From Bugula neritina (lineage: Eukaryota > Animalia > Bryozoa), in NCBI GenBank assembly GCA_964035545.1, contig OZ037767.1, forward strand, positions 13,811,801-13,875,800: a stretch of DNA of 64,000 bases, given 5' to 3'. This document shows positions 13,701-26,940 of the stretch, piece by piece. The notes beneath the pieces are model-generated. The model was not told the DNA's origin and ran no database searches. It saw only the letters and a program-made list of their open reading frames with translations. A program made the translations under genes and the position numbers. How positions within the stretch are numbered: the first letter of the stretch is position 1; each line of letters starts with the position of its first letter.

Positions 13701-16700
13701 ACAAATTTTTAGCTGATTTGAACTAAATAAAAATTACAATGTTTAAGCATGAGAAATATTACTAATAATTTGATAAGATTTCGGAAAAATCAGTGAAAAT
13801 ATGGCGCTGTTTGAAAACCAAAAATGTGAACCAAATACTTTTTCATTTCTACTCTCTACAAACGAGACAGACACATTTGCAGTTACCTATATAAATAAAC
13901 TATGTAGTCTGAAAAATGACATTTTAGGAAGAAATTACAAACTATTACAGATTTGTGAAGATAAGCTGTAATGTTCCTATAGTAGATTTTCATACCAGCT
14001 ATATGTCTAATATTCTGGGCCTACGACTAAAATGACTCAAAATTACAATATTTATCTCTAATCTTATTATTTATTCTCTTATTTGTTAACTTTTAATTTC
14101 TTTTCTTCTAGTAATTAAGACATGCTTACAGCTCTCAATGTGACGAAACATCCTGGCAATTACTTCAGAAGAGACATGCCAATGTCACTTTGCTCCATTC
14201 TTTAATAGCCCCTAATTTCCATAAAGATTATGTTAATTCATAATAAATCTTCATATATTCAATTATTCTAAAAACCATATTTCATTTAATTACTTAAGTA
14301 TCAGTAGTAATAATAAATCGTAATTGATTGTAAGCAAATATTTTTATAATGAATAACCAGTCATCACTCCTAACACCGCCCTACGCCTCCCTGATTCATT
14401 AATATATACACTACTTTTTATGTAGAGAGCATTGCTTGTAAATCCTGATAACCATTTGACCCTTCTTTGCCAATTTCATCCAGGCTGCGCTCTATTTTCT
14501 GTCCAGACCTTTATTTCAAATACTTCCCAGTAGCTATTATAAAGTCAATCAAATAACATTCTATTGACATAAGGCAAAAGCCTATAAAATAGGTATATAA
14601 GATATATCCAGTGGTGTATAAGGGTCTGCTGATGAGGAGGGTTAAGTCTGGAATTTTCTCACGAAAGAAAGTTGTTTCAGCATTGCTGAACTGTGTGACT
14701 AAGTTTTAGAGAAAGCTTATAATGTGAAACTGACGAAACAAGCTGACAAACTGTTATCTTTACTTATTTAGGGGGAAACTTCCGACACGACTCGAGGAGG
14801 GACTTCTCCGAGAGAAACTCTTCAGAGACCAGATAAGAAGCCTCCACCCCCTCCTGCATCAACATCTAGCACTAAGTCAGCACAGAGCAAGTTGGGTGGC
14901 AGCAGCAGCAGCAGCATGGTGAAATCAACAGATAAAAGAATGAGTTTGGTTAATAATAACAACAACCTGCCTCTTCATGAGCTGAAAGTAAGAATTTGTT
15001 CCAAAACTAATGTTACAGATATTATAAATGTATAGAGCTAGTAGTAGCTATATACAAGTAAAGTTATAGATAATGAACTAAAAGTTACTACACTCATACA
15101 TTCATAGATATAGAACTAACAGATGGTATACTAGTTAGTTCATAGATGTAGAACTTGTAGTTACTGTGTGAGTAAACTAAAAGATATAGAAGTAGTATTT
15201 ACTACACTAGTTAGTTCATAGATATAAAGCTATTGGTTAATATATTAGAAAATTAATAGACGTAGAAATTGTAGTTACTCTGCTTGAAAAAGATGTTTAA
15301 CAGATCTTTTAATCATAAAGTTCATCACGTACAGCCTTAATATAGATGCCTGTTACAGAATTCTTCCTCGTAAATGAAATGAAATCACAGAGCATGGAAT
15401 TCAATTGATGTTCCTTAATCTCTGAAACATAATAATAGTTAAACTACGTGAAAAAAAGTTGAATTCTAAATGCCTTTACTTTATATAGTGTAATAAAAAT
15501 TGCACTATAATTTGTAGGGTAACAAAATGGTACTGATAAAAGAAAAAAATGGTGACTTTGTGCCAACAAACCCATCTGGTGAAGCAGGCAATAAGAAGAA
15601 GGTTAAAATAGATGAACGAGCAGTAGACGGTGTATATGATGAGCCGTGGGATGACGTGGACATGGTCATCACCAAGAGCATCCTCAAGATGGAGGAATCT
15701 GTCTCCAAGTCAGTTAGCAAAGGAAGTAAGCAGCTTAAGCTCCCGGAGCCTATCAGACATATCAACGGGAAGAGGGTTGCTGCCACCCATGTTCATACCA
15801 GACAGATATCTATGCCTGAGACTAGGTAAGTGGCAAAACAGAAATTGCTAGACACAGCACAAAATTGGAGGTCATTAAGTGCAGGGAGGCTTCGAACTCA
15901 TACTCCCTTCAACCACTGTACTGAGTGACCACTAACTCAGTGCTGCTTTAAGTGATTTATTGATAAAACCGCAAAGTTTATGTTTTCTTTGCTTACTTTA
16001 AAACAATGTTTTCTGTTGAGATAAACTATTCTGACTAAAAGCTAGTCATGAGATGATAATAAGTTTCTTTATGAATATCATTGAGTATAGCTGTGGTGTC
16101 GGTACTATTTTAATATAAGGGTGTCAGAAGCATCTGCAAAAGTGTTTGTGTTTTCTCGCGAAGTAACTTGTCTCTACACCCACATATAATGCTTTGCTGG
16201 GGGTGTCTTGTATTTAGGGTAAAACATACAGTTTTCTTTGATTTGTTGTCATACGCATAGTCAAGCTCACAATTATTTTACTAGGTCCAAATAGAATAGT
16301 GCTACTTGGTCAAGAGGGGTCAAACTGTAAAACTTGTAGACCACATTGTCACCTATTAGTCCACCCTTGTATTATAGTCTGATATTTTAATAACAATGAC
16401 TATACATATTTGCATAATAATAGGCATAATAAAATAATTGCAGCTTTGGTTACAAAGTTGACATTTGCCTAAAAGTGTACTCTTTCAGGAGTAGTTTACC
16501 TACGAAGTCATTGTCCAGCAAGCATATGCTGGAATAGGGAAATAAATACTGACAGAGTCATTCAGTGATGTCAAAAAGCACCTGCTTGTAGTGTCTCCTG
16601 CACCACGTTAAAAGCCATTAAAGAACATTTACGTCAAGCTCTACCGACCACCATAAAGCCTGTACAAGATTTTGTTACTATAAAACACACATGAATTAAA

Positions 16701-19700
16701 TAGTTAGAATTAATAAAAACTATAATTTCTAAAGGATTGCAGACTACGCATGAATTTTTATTATTATCTACTATAAAATTCATAATTATTTTAAATAGAC
16801 TAGTAAATAAGAAATAAGCTACGTGATCACCCAGTTGAGACAAAGTCTCCTGTCAGATTAGCCGACACCTTGGCTTCCTTGGCTCCCTGCATACCTGTTT
16901 GTACCTCCGCGTATCAGCTTTTTTGATCAGTGGATAACAAGATTATTTTAAGCGTTCGGGGCTTCTAGATAGATGGTACGAGTCTTATTAGAGCCATTAG
17001 ATTTCCTATATTTGCATAATCAGCTGAATATTAACACATTTCTAAGCATATTAGGCCTTCATTTAGTAAGAGCTGATGAAACTTTTTCGAAGTTTCATCA
17101 AAAGTTGCAAATTGAAAATTAGAAATCCAGGCTTGTAATTGTGCATAGCTTTATTTGAAACTTGCTTAAAGTGAGGTAGTGGTCACTCAGTGCATTGGTT
17201 GGGGTCACTGTTTAGAGTTTCAACAACAAATACTCTAACTCAGTGCTGCTTCTAATCATATCCGTTTTATTTAAAAGGCTGTGCATTTACAAGTATTATA
17301 ATATCTAATTATAATAATTTTAATTATAGTCTTTTTTGTTTGTAGCAGAAAAGTTGAACAAGTGAAGATGTCTACCAAATCAGGAAAGATTTCTCCACTG
17401 AGTGCCACTGACTCTGGCTACGAATCAACCAGCACCACGGCAACCATTCGGAGGGAACACAGCAGTGCTTCCGATCTCACCCATAACCGGATACCAGTGT
17501 TACCCAACAGTAGCAACATTAGAACACCGCCTATTAAACCCACTCCTATTGACTCGCTTCCCTTGTGCCTCGAACAGATAAACGCAATGAATGTGCTTAC
17601 TTTACAGGTAAGGTGAAAACATCCCTTGTGTAAAAGGGAGATAGTTCACATAGGAAACAAAGAGGGGAGTAATAGTGTATTGGCCTGCTCTCATATAGGC
17701 TGAGAAAATTAAACAACTATTAATATTTTCAGGTGCTTAGAAGAATTTTTTTGTATTATAAACAACATTCTGCATTCTTGTACAGTCTCATTCAGTTTGA
17801 TCTGCCTGGTGCTGTTTTCACTTACCTAATATACTGTTTCGAGCAACACTGAAGTTTCAATTTTGTTACATGAAAAAATTATTTGAATTTCTTTGAATTT
17901 TGTTAATTGTAAAGCACATCTCCATTCTTTAAATTTAAAAAATTTGACCCGCTTGAAATTTAATGCTTTGAACACATACCGAGGTAAAACTTAGTTTAAT
18001 AAATAGTTAAGGAAAGCTGTAAATAATCTAACAAAATGTCTTTGCAAGAACTTCGAATTGCCCCCTACCCAAAAGTCTAATCTGAAGTTTAGCTTTCGTT
18101 TTTATATCCTAAACTGTAGCTGTTATAGAACATGTGCATTTAAAGTGAGTAATTACTGAACTAAAAACATAAGTAATATAAAGTATTTAACACATATCAA
18201 CATATTACATGGTGTTTTTTGCTGAGATAATAAGCATTATGCGTTTTAAGCCTAATTACAATATCTAATGAAAGTTATGTAATATTTCACATATAAATTC
18301 ATGATTCTATGTAAAACTGCTTTAGAAGATGGCTGCTTTGATTGCGTAGGCTTTTCCCAAAGCCAATAATATTATTTATGTTAGGGTTGTGCAACAGACT
18401 TAGCTGTACAACAAGAGAACATTATGGGCGGATTGGAACCATTAGAAAGTATTTTATGCAACTTTTTCTATTTGATAAACCAAATACTATAAATAGATTG
18501 TATATAAACTCTGGGTTTATTAAACTTGTATCATTAATTTTAGAGGTCATTTTATATACTCAAGTCTTTTTGAACCATTTGAAATGATGTTTTATAGAAA
18601 CGATATGATATCATATTCTCTCAACTAGCTTTAATATTAATAAATTCAAATAATTTTATGACAGGTTAATTTATCTTCAGTCATATTTTTATTTTGGGTT
18701 GTAAGATTTCATAAATTATTTCATAGTTTGATGATTAATTAATTATAAACGACATTGTCAGTTCTTCCTTAAAGAGCTACATTACTTAGCATGTCACTTT
18801 GACATTATATTCATCAACCAACAGGTGCTTGCAGGTGCCCACTCCCACTTAAACATTTCATTCCTACACGTTCTGTTTCTCAGTACAACTAATAGCCTTT
18901 GGATCCAAACTTTGCATTTCCATAAAAGCTGGAGCATGTTTTAGAGAGCTCTTCTTTACTTCAATAGTTAGAATACCAGCTAATAAACATATCCAGTAAC
19001 ATAATTTATATAATTTTGATAATGATTGATAACTCCTTTTGATGGTTCGCTGTAATTTATATTTAGCAACAAATAAAGATGGTACAGCATCGAACTTGTT
19101 GAAGGCAATTCATTTGATGCAAGGAGAATCATTATTAAGACATTCAGGATTTTCGTGGAAAAACTTAATCATATAATATTGTTTTTATTCTCAAATGAAG
19201 TTCATAACTTGCAGTGCAAAAAGTACTACTGTACTCACTGCTGGTTAGTTGGTTAAATCTCATTTCTGTAATTATATGCATACATCAACTTATCACCTGG
19301 TTATAAAGTTTACCTGCAATAAAGAGCTCTTACTCTTACAGAAACTGACTAAAGCCTTCGCTCAGAAAGACAACTCCATATTAGCTGAGCAGACGATAGT
19401 TTGGGAAGATCTAGCGATTGAGAAAACACCTATTCACAGTAACACCAGATGTGCGTTCTACAACGGACGTCTAGCTCAACAACCGGCTCAGAATCTGACA
19501 ATCATGGTATGTTTTGTGTTGTTAAAGTGGGCTGGGGTTTCTGCTTTGTCAAATGTTGGCATTGTTTGAGGCCTTTCAAAGTATAGCATAGAAATAATTC
19601 TGATCACCAGATCCTTTCCCATATACATCAATAATAGACTTGGGATTAGAATATTTCTATATAGTATTCTAACCACTAGACCAAGGCAGCTGGCTAAATT

Positions 19701-21758
19701 TACAAAATATAACGGAATCATTGTATTGGGCCATTTGATAATTATTATGTGAGCTACTATACAAGAACAATAATTTTAAAAACTTAAAGTATAAGTGACA
19801 TTGCAAAATATATTATGTTCATTAAAATATATAATAAATATTATATAATGTATATTATTTATTGAAATTCATATAGTATATATTTTATATACATAATATT
19901 ATGGAATGCACTGTAGTACAACATATTTATATATGCTATATCATATAAAATATGCTATATAATATATATTTTATACATTATATTATAATATAATATAATA
20001 TATGGTATATTATATGCATTATATTGTATAATATATATTATATACAATATATTTTGTAGTTATCACTGAGGAAGCCACAAACATGTAAAAGTTACACACC
20101 AAACCTCTTAGATGTGGGAAATCAATTTCTGTCAGATTCTATAGATTTGGAGTTGTTACCTCAACAACTGAGAAAATCCTACAAGAATAACTCTTCACCA
20201 AATGGAAGTGATTCCGATAGTAGTCCAGGTAAAAAAACTAAAAGAATAAAATTGCAGCTGTACTCTCTCCTTTTCTGAAAATCTAGCTATTTGTCTATCT
20301 ATGTATATATGATGCATAGTGTATTATATTATATAACATATAGTATATAATATATAATATTATATAATATACAATCTTTCTCTATGTCAAAAATGCTAAT
20401 AAATGCTACAGTCAACTTTTTTGATTATCTAAACTGCAAATCTAAAAACATTCAAATGCTACTGTACTAAATATATGGCATTATAATTTGCATATCATAT
20501 TCAGTACTTGAGAAATTTCAACAGCAAATTAGTTTTTATTTATTCTTGATCAGCTTTGAAAATTTCCATAAAAACATAACTTCTTTAATCACAATTTTTA
20601 CAGAGAACACAGGCTTTCCCAAGTTTTCCATTACTGCACTTCCTTATTTTTTAAATATTTCAAAATGATCTTTGTAGTCTAGTTACAGAAGTAGATTTTT
20701 GCTTAAAACAGTAATAGATTTGGATTGCATGTTCATATTTGAGTATGTTATGAAATTATTCTAATAAAAGTTGATCACAATCTTACACTGTTTAGCCACC
20801 TTGTCGTATTAAACTTTTTAACCAATATAATATAATGGTTTGTATACCCAGTAAAGATGAGTTTTAAACTTTAAGGATATAAAACAAATTAGAAAAAATA
20901 TTGTTTACTCTTACATAAAACACCTTTTTCCCTCTTTGCATAAAAACATGGAATTTCGTTTTTAATTTCCTCATGCTAATTAGAAGATTTAGTTTAAATC
21001 ATAAATCAACTCCTATTATAAAAATGGTTTGTTATATGTGACCTTTTATGTATTTTGCAGATAAAGTGACAGCAGATTCCAATACAGACGGTGATGTTAT
21101 GCCAAGCACATGTGTAACCCTACTCAAACCCCACCATTCTATAGAATCCGTACTATCATTCATCAAATCAAGAGCTAACAACTCCGACTCCAGCGACCAT
21201 TTGATCATGGACTCTCTCTATATTATACTACAAGTTATTAACATTATTTTTGCCCTGGCAGAAAGACAACTTCAGATGGAATCCCTTAGCGCAGGCGATT
21301 TAATCATCTCTTTGGACACTGATGCGGTTCCCACGGTTTATTGTCACATGATTTCCGTTAAGAAATATTCCGCAGATTTCAGTCTGACTTGCGAGAAGCT
21401 AAGAATGTTTATGATACAACTGACACACGCCTCTGAGAAATTACGAAAATCAAAAAGTTTCAACACCGTTGAAGATTTGATTCAAAGTTCATCGGACGCC
21501 GGAGACTTGAAGACTATAGCCTTAATCATTCAATACTTGCTGTGGGGTCCTAAAGATGACGAGGTGAAGGTCATGTCTGTAGCTGAAAACAGGAAGCAGG
21601 CGTTTGATTTGTGGTTACACCTTTCCAGGGCCAAACTTCTCAACGAACTGGTGTTTCAACCCCTTGACAAACTTAAGATTTACTCGATGGCTAACTTTCT
21701 CAATAATACCAGCGGAGGCGAACTGTTCAAAATAACCAAACTTCTCAGCACATATTGA
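7781..21758 (+). CDS. PEAK-family (PEAK1/PRAG1/PEAK3-like) pseudokinase scaffold protein, multi-exon; about 718 aa from ATG 7781
   Basis: Phase-consistent GT-AG exon chain: 7781-7847, 11515-11567, 13284-13502, 14772-14987, 15518-15825, 17346-17607, 19342-19506, 20060-20228, 21061-21758 (2157 nt, open to TGA). The C-terminal part resembles the PEAK SHED/pseudokinase: alphaS-like helix LEQINAMNVLTLQKLTKAF, IVWEDLAIEKTP...AFYNGRL, SLYIILQVINIIFAL, and IIQYLLWGP...FDLWLHLSRAKLL...ANFLNNTS...LFKITKLL. There is no HRD/DFG. Family recognised by eye. Confidence 0.7.
10392..10490 (-). mobile_element. SINE family B fragment
   Basis: TTCCTGACATCACCAATGG...GTGTTTACTAAGCCAG. Confidence 0.7.
12790..13045. 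repeat. (TAGTG)n/(TAGTA)n pentanucleotide repeat
   Basis: Direct inspection. Confidence 0.95.
15855..15955. mobile_element. Family D MITE, degenerate (second copy at about 17166-17256)
   Basis: ACTGAGTGACCACTAACTCAGTGCTGCTT end shared with the other copies. Confidence 0.6.
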
Positions 21759-21829
21759 TTAGGAAGGACAACTCTAAGTCGAGATTTTTCAAGTTTTTAT
21801 TCCAGGATAGACAACTCTAACTATTATTC

Positions 21830-21835
21830 AATAAA
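21830..21835 (+). terminator. Candidate polyadenylation signal of the PEAK-like gene
   Basis: AATAAA about 70 nt after the stop, followed by GT-rich sequence (GTTTGTGTTGG). Confidence 0.45.
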
Positions 21836-22322
21836 GTAATGTAAAACTACAGTTTGTGTTGGTAAAATATGTTATAAATTTAACTGCTGAAATTCATCTT
21901 TGCCTTGTATCTAAATATAACCTACGTATTGCAACTTATGTACTACACTTGCATGTTTTTATTTTCACATGTAAATTCAATATGCAGATCTAAGGCTTTA
22001 TTTTTCATTTTGGGTCTATATAAATTGCATAGCCTGTGCTTCAATGATGAAGAACTTGATTAAATATAAATATATTATAATTAGTTTGGTTGATCACCAA
22101 AAATAATCAAATTGTGAAAATAAAGCAATATGCCATTCTGTTCATGTGAAATCAAATTGAATTTTAGATGATACAAAGACCTATTATTATATATTTTTAG
22201 TAAACGCAGTTATTTGAAAATGTCTATTCACTCAGAGCTTAACAAGCACATAATAGTTTGTAAAGCAGTATATATTTTATATAAATTGAAAACTCACATG
22301 TGTGTAATATACCTCATAGTAA

Positions 22323-22449
22323 ACACACACACACACACACGCACACACACGCACACACACGCACACACACGCACACACACGCACACACACGCACACACAC
22401 GCACACACACGCACACACGCGCTCGCACGCGCTCGCACGCACACACACA
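22323..22449. repeat. (CA)n/(GCACACACAC)n microsatellite
   Basis: Direct inspection. Confidence 0.95.
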
Positions 22450-22691
22450 TGAACAAATGCACTAATGTAATATACTGATGTAAATTAGCATTACTTTACA
22501 GAACTAAGTAATACAACTCAGAGTTGCATTCTCCTAGCAGCAAGAATGCTTTTTCCACCATAAGAGAGTTGACATGATTAGCTAATGTTTATCTGTGCAT
22601 AGCGTGTATATACAGTGCTATACTTGCACACATACCTGTATTTGTTTATCTACATTCAGATAAAATGTTTCCAAGTTGATTGGATGAAGAT

Positions 22692-22776
22692 AGTATAGCG
22701 TGTTGTATACTGTTTAGTATATAGTATAGCGTGTTGTATACTGTTTAATATATAGTATAGCGTGTTGTATATACTG
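22692..22776. repeat. About 33-bp tandem repeat (TAGTATAGCGTGTTGTATACTGTTTA...) x3
   Basis: Direct inspection. Confidence 0.85.
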
Positions 22777-22799
22777 CAGAAAACTTTTGTGGGTTTATA

Positions 22800-22954
22800 A
22801 TGTCCAGCCTTTTAAGATCCCCTGATGGAAAGAGGTTTTTAAACCAGCTAAGGACTTGTTTTCTATTTTGGTCTTTACTGGAATTCAAACCTGTGACCTG
22901 GCGTTCACTAAGCCAACACTGTAACCCACAGAGCCTATAGACCATGGCCGCTCC
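22800..22954 (-). mobile_element. SINE family B copy lacking the core
   Basis: Head (TAGACCATGGCCGCTCC, ACTAAGCC, GGAATTCAAACC) and 3' part (GCTAAGGACTTG) on the minus strand. Confidence 0.7.
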
Positions 22955-24142
22955 TTAAAGTATACATGGTACGCAGCATAGTAACTAATGGTGTACACAG
23001 TATAGCATTGTATATGATAGAGTACAAATAAGAATTGCATTTCTTATTCCTGGGGATGATGGCAGATATAATATGCTGTGACAAAAGGCAATGGTTATAG
23101 CAGCATTATACTACCTACACTCATGACAAAAGTAGGTTACCTACACTCACAATAGTAGGTTATTTACACTCGTAATAGCTGGAATTGTAGGCAAGTATGC
23201 GTTTGTTATACCTACAGAATGCAAATTTAATGCTTAAACTGTGCAGGTGGATAACTGAAAAAGAACATAAAGCTAAGGCATTTTTGTCTTTTTTATAGAT
23301 CCTTGGAATACAATATAAAATATACAGTATAGTATACAGCATTTGCACTATACAGCAACTTAATTACAGTACTACAACACACAGTATATTATTATACAAT
23401 ATACAATATACAACATGCTGTAGAAAGACCTAAAAAAAGTAAATACTGAAAAAAATTTGTGCTTTTTATTTTTATCTGTTCCAGGATTACCATAGGAGAC
23501 AATCTGCTTTACGACTTAATTTGGTACCCTACCATAAATATATTTCCTTGCTTTCTTTAGAGCTAGATTAACTGTAGGGCAATGATTTTGTTTTAATATA
23601 CTTTCTATGTATAAGACTTAAGTTCTTTATAACAAGGTGGTCTATTATCTAATAAATAATTCCAAATGAAATTTTGCCACTCCCTGCTGTCACGTGAAGG
23701 GCTCAGGCATTTAGACTAGCTAGCGTAGGTCTAGTTTTATTATGTTTACATAGGTTGGGAGGTTCCCTCAGCATTAAGGGTTATAGGTCAACTGTTCATA
23801 GATAAGGGTATGAGTGATAACTAGTAAGCTAACGGTATGCGATCTGTAGCAAATACACTGTTAATGCTTCTTCCCACTAGAGGAAACTACTTATTTTCTA
23901 CTAGCACGTGAATTACAACACTTCGTCATTTGGATATTTATTATACCTGTCATTGCTGGTCAGATCTCTATATCACCATGTAACATAGAACAATACAGCA
24001 TGTCAGTTACTCAGCAGAACAAAGTATCTGGAAAATAGGTTTTCCATCGTATGGTAATTCAAATTGGTAAGTAGACCTTTATCTTACAAAAGTTTCTTAT
24101 CATTATGGTACTTGTGCTTTACAGCTCCTTGTAAAATTATTT

Positions 24143-24237
24143 TACCCCCACTGCGATTTGAACCCGAGACCTCCGGCTTAGAAGCAGCAGCGCTAACCAT
24201 TACACCACAGCGGCTGCTGGGTAAACTCAACACTACA
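24143..24237 (-). mobile_element. tRNA-like repeat family A copy
   Basis: Reverse complement reads TGTAGTGTTGAGTTTACCCAGCAGCCGCTGTGGTGTAATGGTTAGC...GGTTCAAATCG. Confidence 0.75.
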
Positions 24238-25761
24238 TTGCTTACCTTGTTCTTGTCATATAAGAAAACCCTTCGGAGTACACCAGTTCTTATACCATAC
24301 GTGAACTTTCAACACTGGTCAGTGTAGGGCAACAAAAGTCAAAATGAAGCAGGTCAGGATTGAAAGTGCAGCATTGTAGTTGTGTTGGTGGCAACTGAGG
24401 GTAGATTTAGGTGTTTTAGACAGTTTTTCCAATCATCCCTAATCTACTTTTCAGTGCCAAAGAGCAGGCTTAAGTATAGACAATGTTTGATGTTATATCT
24501 GATACTGACTCCACAATACTGATCTAGAAGTGTTATCACTGTGTACTAGTACTTGTGCTAGAGCTTCATAGTTATAGTAATAATAGTATTATCAGCAGTA
24601 CTAGAAGTACTAGTAGTTTTAGAGCTATTAATTATTATTATGCAATAGTAACAGATTGTCATCAAAGCAATAGTAATTCATAGTGTTAGTACTAGAGCTA
24701 GTAATAGTAAGAACAGTGGGTATAGTAATAGTACAAGGGGTAGTACTAGTTATAGTTATAGTAATGGTACTACTACTATTGCCATCCAATAATAAAGAAG
24801 TAATGCTACTAAGGATGGACATCTGTTGGTTTTATCGATAGTGATGGTAGTTGGGGCTATTATATGGCTATAGTATTAAATTGCAATCCCCTCTTGACAA
24901 GTAACCTGCAATCCCGAATTCCCAAATTAGCATAGTTGAAGTTGGGGGCATAAAATGACCACCAAAACAATTTAGCTGCTTCAAAAATTTCTAGCAACTG
25001 AAACATGGACTTATAACTTCACCACAGGGATCTGCACTTTACTGATAAAACAAAAAAGAATTTCCTGTAATAGTGCATTCTTAATGAATAAATTAGGTCA
25101 ATTGCATTAAACTGCACTAAAATAGGTAGAAAAGAAACTGGAATTTATAGCATGGTTGTTGTTAAATTGTTGAAGTTTAGTCATCCCGTTGAGTAATTCT
25201 ATAACCTGGTGAAGCTGGGTTTTTTCCATATACGATTTGAGTTGTTTCAACAGACATCTACTAATACTTTTTGCGTACCATTTACCTTAGTTTTCCTAAA
25301 CCTGTTAAAAGCCTTCCACTATGGGTTCTCAAGGAGAAATCGATTGTAGCCCTGCAGCTGGATGGATTCAACTTATATAAGCTTCCCTGCATACATCATA
25401 CAAGTCGCAATATGCTGCGGGCTAATGCATAGCTAACTAGAGATCTCTTTATTTCATACGTACTTTACTTGATACAATGTTAATACCTAGCTGTTAGTTT
25501 ATCCTTAAGTCTGTTGCTTAGCTAAAGTAAATACAAGTTCTAATTAACTTGCAAGAGCCACAGTAATGCTCTAAGTCTTTCAAGCTGTCAAGCCAGCAAG
25601 GTTTAGCTCTAACATTCATTCACATATTTTTGATTAATTATCTTTTTCTCACTTGAGTTGAATTTTTTAGACTTTTTTTAGAAGTAAGTGCACCATAAGT
25701 TTGTACGCAACCTAGTGGCCAAACATATTTCCCAGAACTCTTCAGTGGAACCAGCTACTCC

Positions 25762-25912
25762 ACCTGAGGTATACTAAACTATGCCTGAGGTATACTAAAC
25801 TATACCTGAGGTATACTAAACTATACCTGAGGTATACTAAACTATACCTGAGGTATACTAAACTATACCTGAGGTATATTACTAAACTGTACCTAGGGTA
25901 TACTAAACTATA
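25762..25912. repeat. 21-bp minisatellite (CCTGAGGTATACTAAACTATA) x about 7
   Basis: Head-to-tail copies, no spacers. Confidence 0.95.
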
Positions 25913-26820
25913 GACCACTATAGTTGTTAGGAATAAGTACCAGTATAATCTTCTAAATCCAATAATATTAGGCTTATGCTATGTAGAAATCTTGCCACTG
26001 TGGCTACAGTCACCATATTGTAGAATTATGGCATTAGGTTTTATTACATGTAGGACACATCCAGTTGAATGGTACCAAGAAATGACAAACATAGCATACA
26101 TAAAAGATAGCTATATGCAGTTGACCGCTTTTTATGGCTTTTTATGGCTTTTTCTTAAATAGCTTATATAGCTACAATACTACGATACAACATATGAATA
26201 TATGTGCCCAAAATTTAATTGCAGAACTCTAAAAAAATAAATCATGTTGGCAATTTTGCATGCATGCCTTCCAAGTTGCTGTAAGTTTACATGGGCAGGA
26301 TATCCATGCGGTTCAATAAAGTACAAATTTTACATCAGCCACTATAATACTATTAGCTCCAATTACTTGAGAAATAAAATTACATGTAAATATTTTCACC
26401 AACTGTCAAAGTATTTTTTAAATAAAAATTTGTATTGCATTTTGAAAGTTAAAACTTTATAAAAACATTCTCGTAGTGCTGAGGCACCTTAATATGTTAG
26501 AAATGCTTGAAACTTTCTCCATAGTTAGTTTTTCTTGGTTTTTAACTCCAAATATTTATATATTGTTACTCTCTAAGAATAACAGTTGGCAATTTCTGTT
26601 TTTATTTTAGTTTTGGATATAAAAATATTTCTATGCAAGATATCTGCTACTTTTGCTGCATTTATTCAGTAATAGGGCCAAATTTCATCAACAGTAAAAC
26701 CGCCAGGTTTAAGGGTTTTTTTCAAATAGTTCATGCCATTGAGTTGCTAAGGCAGCTAATAAAATTGAAAGAGTTTCAGTTAAACTCGTTATTACATCAC
26801 CATTAACAGACCTGGTTAGT

Positions 26821-26940
26821 CTCTCTCTCTCCCTCTTCCTCTCTCTCTCTCTCTCCCCCTCTTTCCCCGTCTCTCTCTCCCCCTCTCTCTCTCTCTCTCC
26901 CTCTCTCTCCCCCTTTCCCTCTCTTCCTCTCCCCCTCTTT
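26821..26940. repeat. (CT)n polypyrimidine microsatellite
   Basis: Direct inspection. Confidence 0.9.

Noticed and set aside
21048-21758. PINK1 orthologue (similar LLWG C-terminal helices), or a single-exon gene from ATG 21048
   Set aside because: No catalytic motifs or mitochondrial presequence/TM segment; the ATG lies in the intron before the TTTTGCAG acceptor at 21060.
24143-24215. Functional tRNA gene (also 4116-4186, 43741-43816 and the SINE B heads)
   Set aside because: A/B boxes are present but the acceptor and anticodon stems do not pair properly, and the copies differ in the anticodon region.
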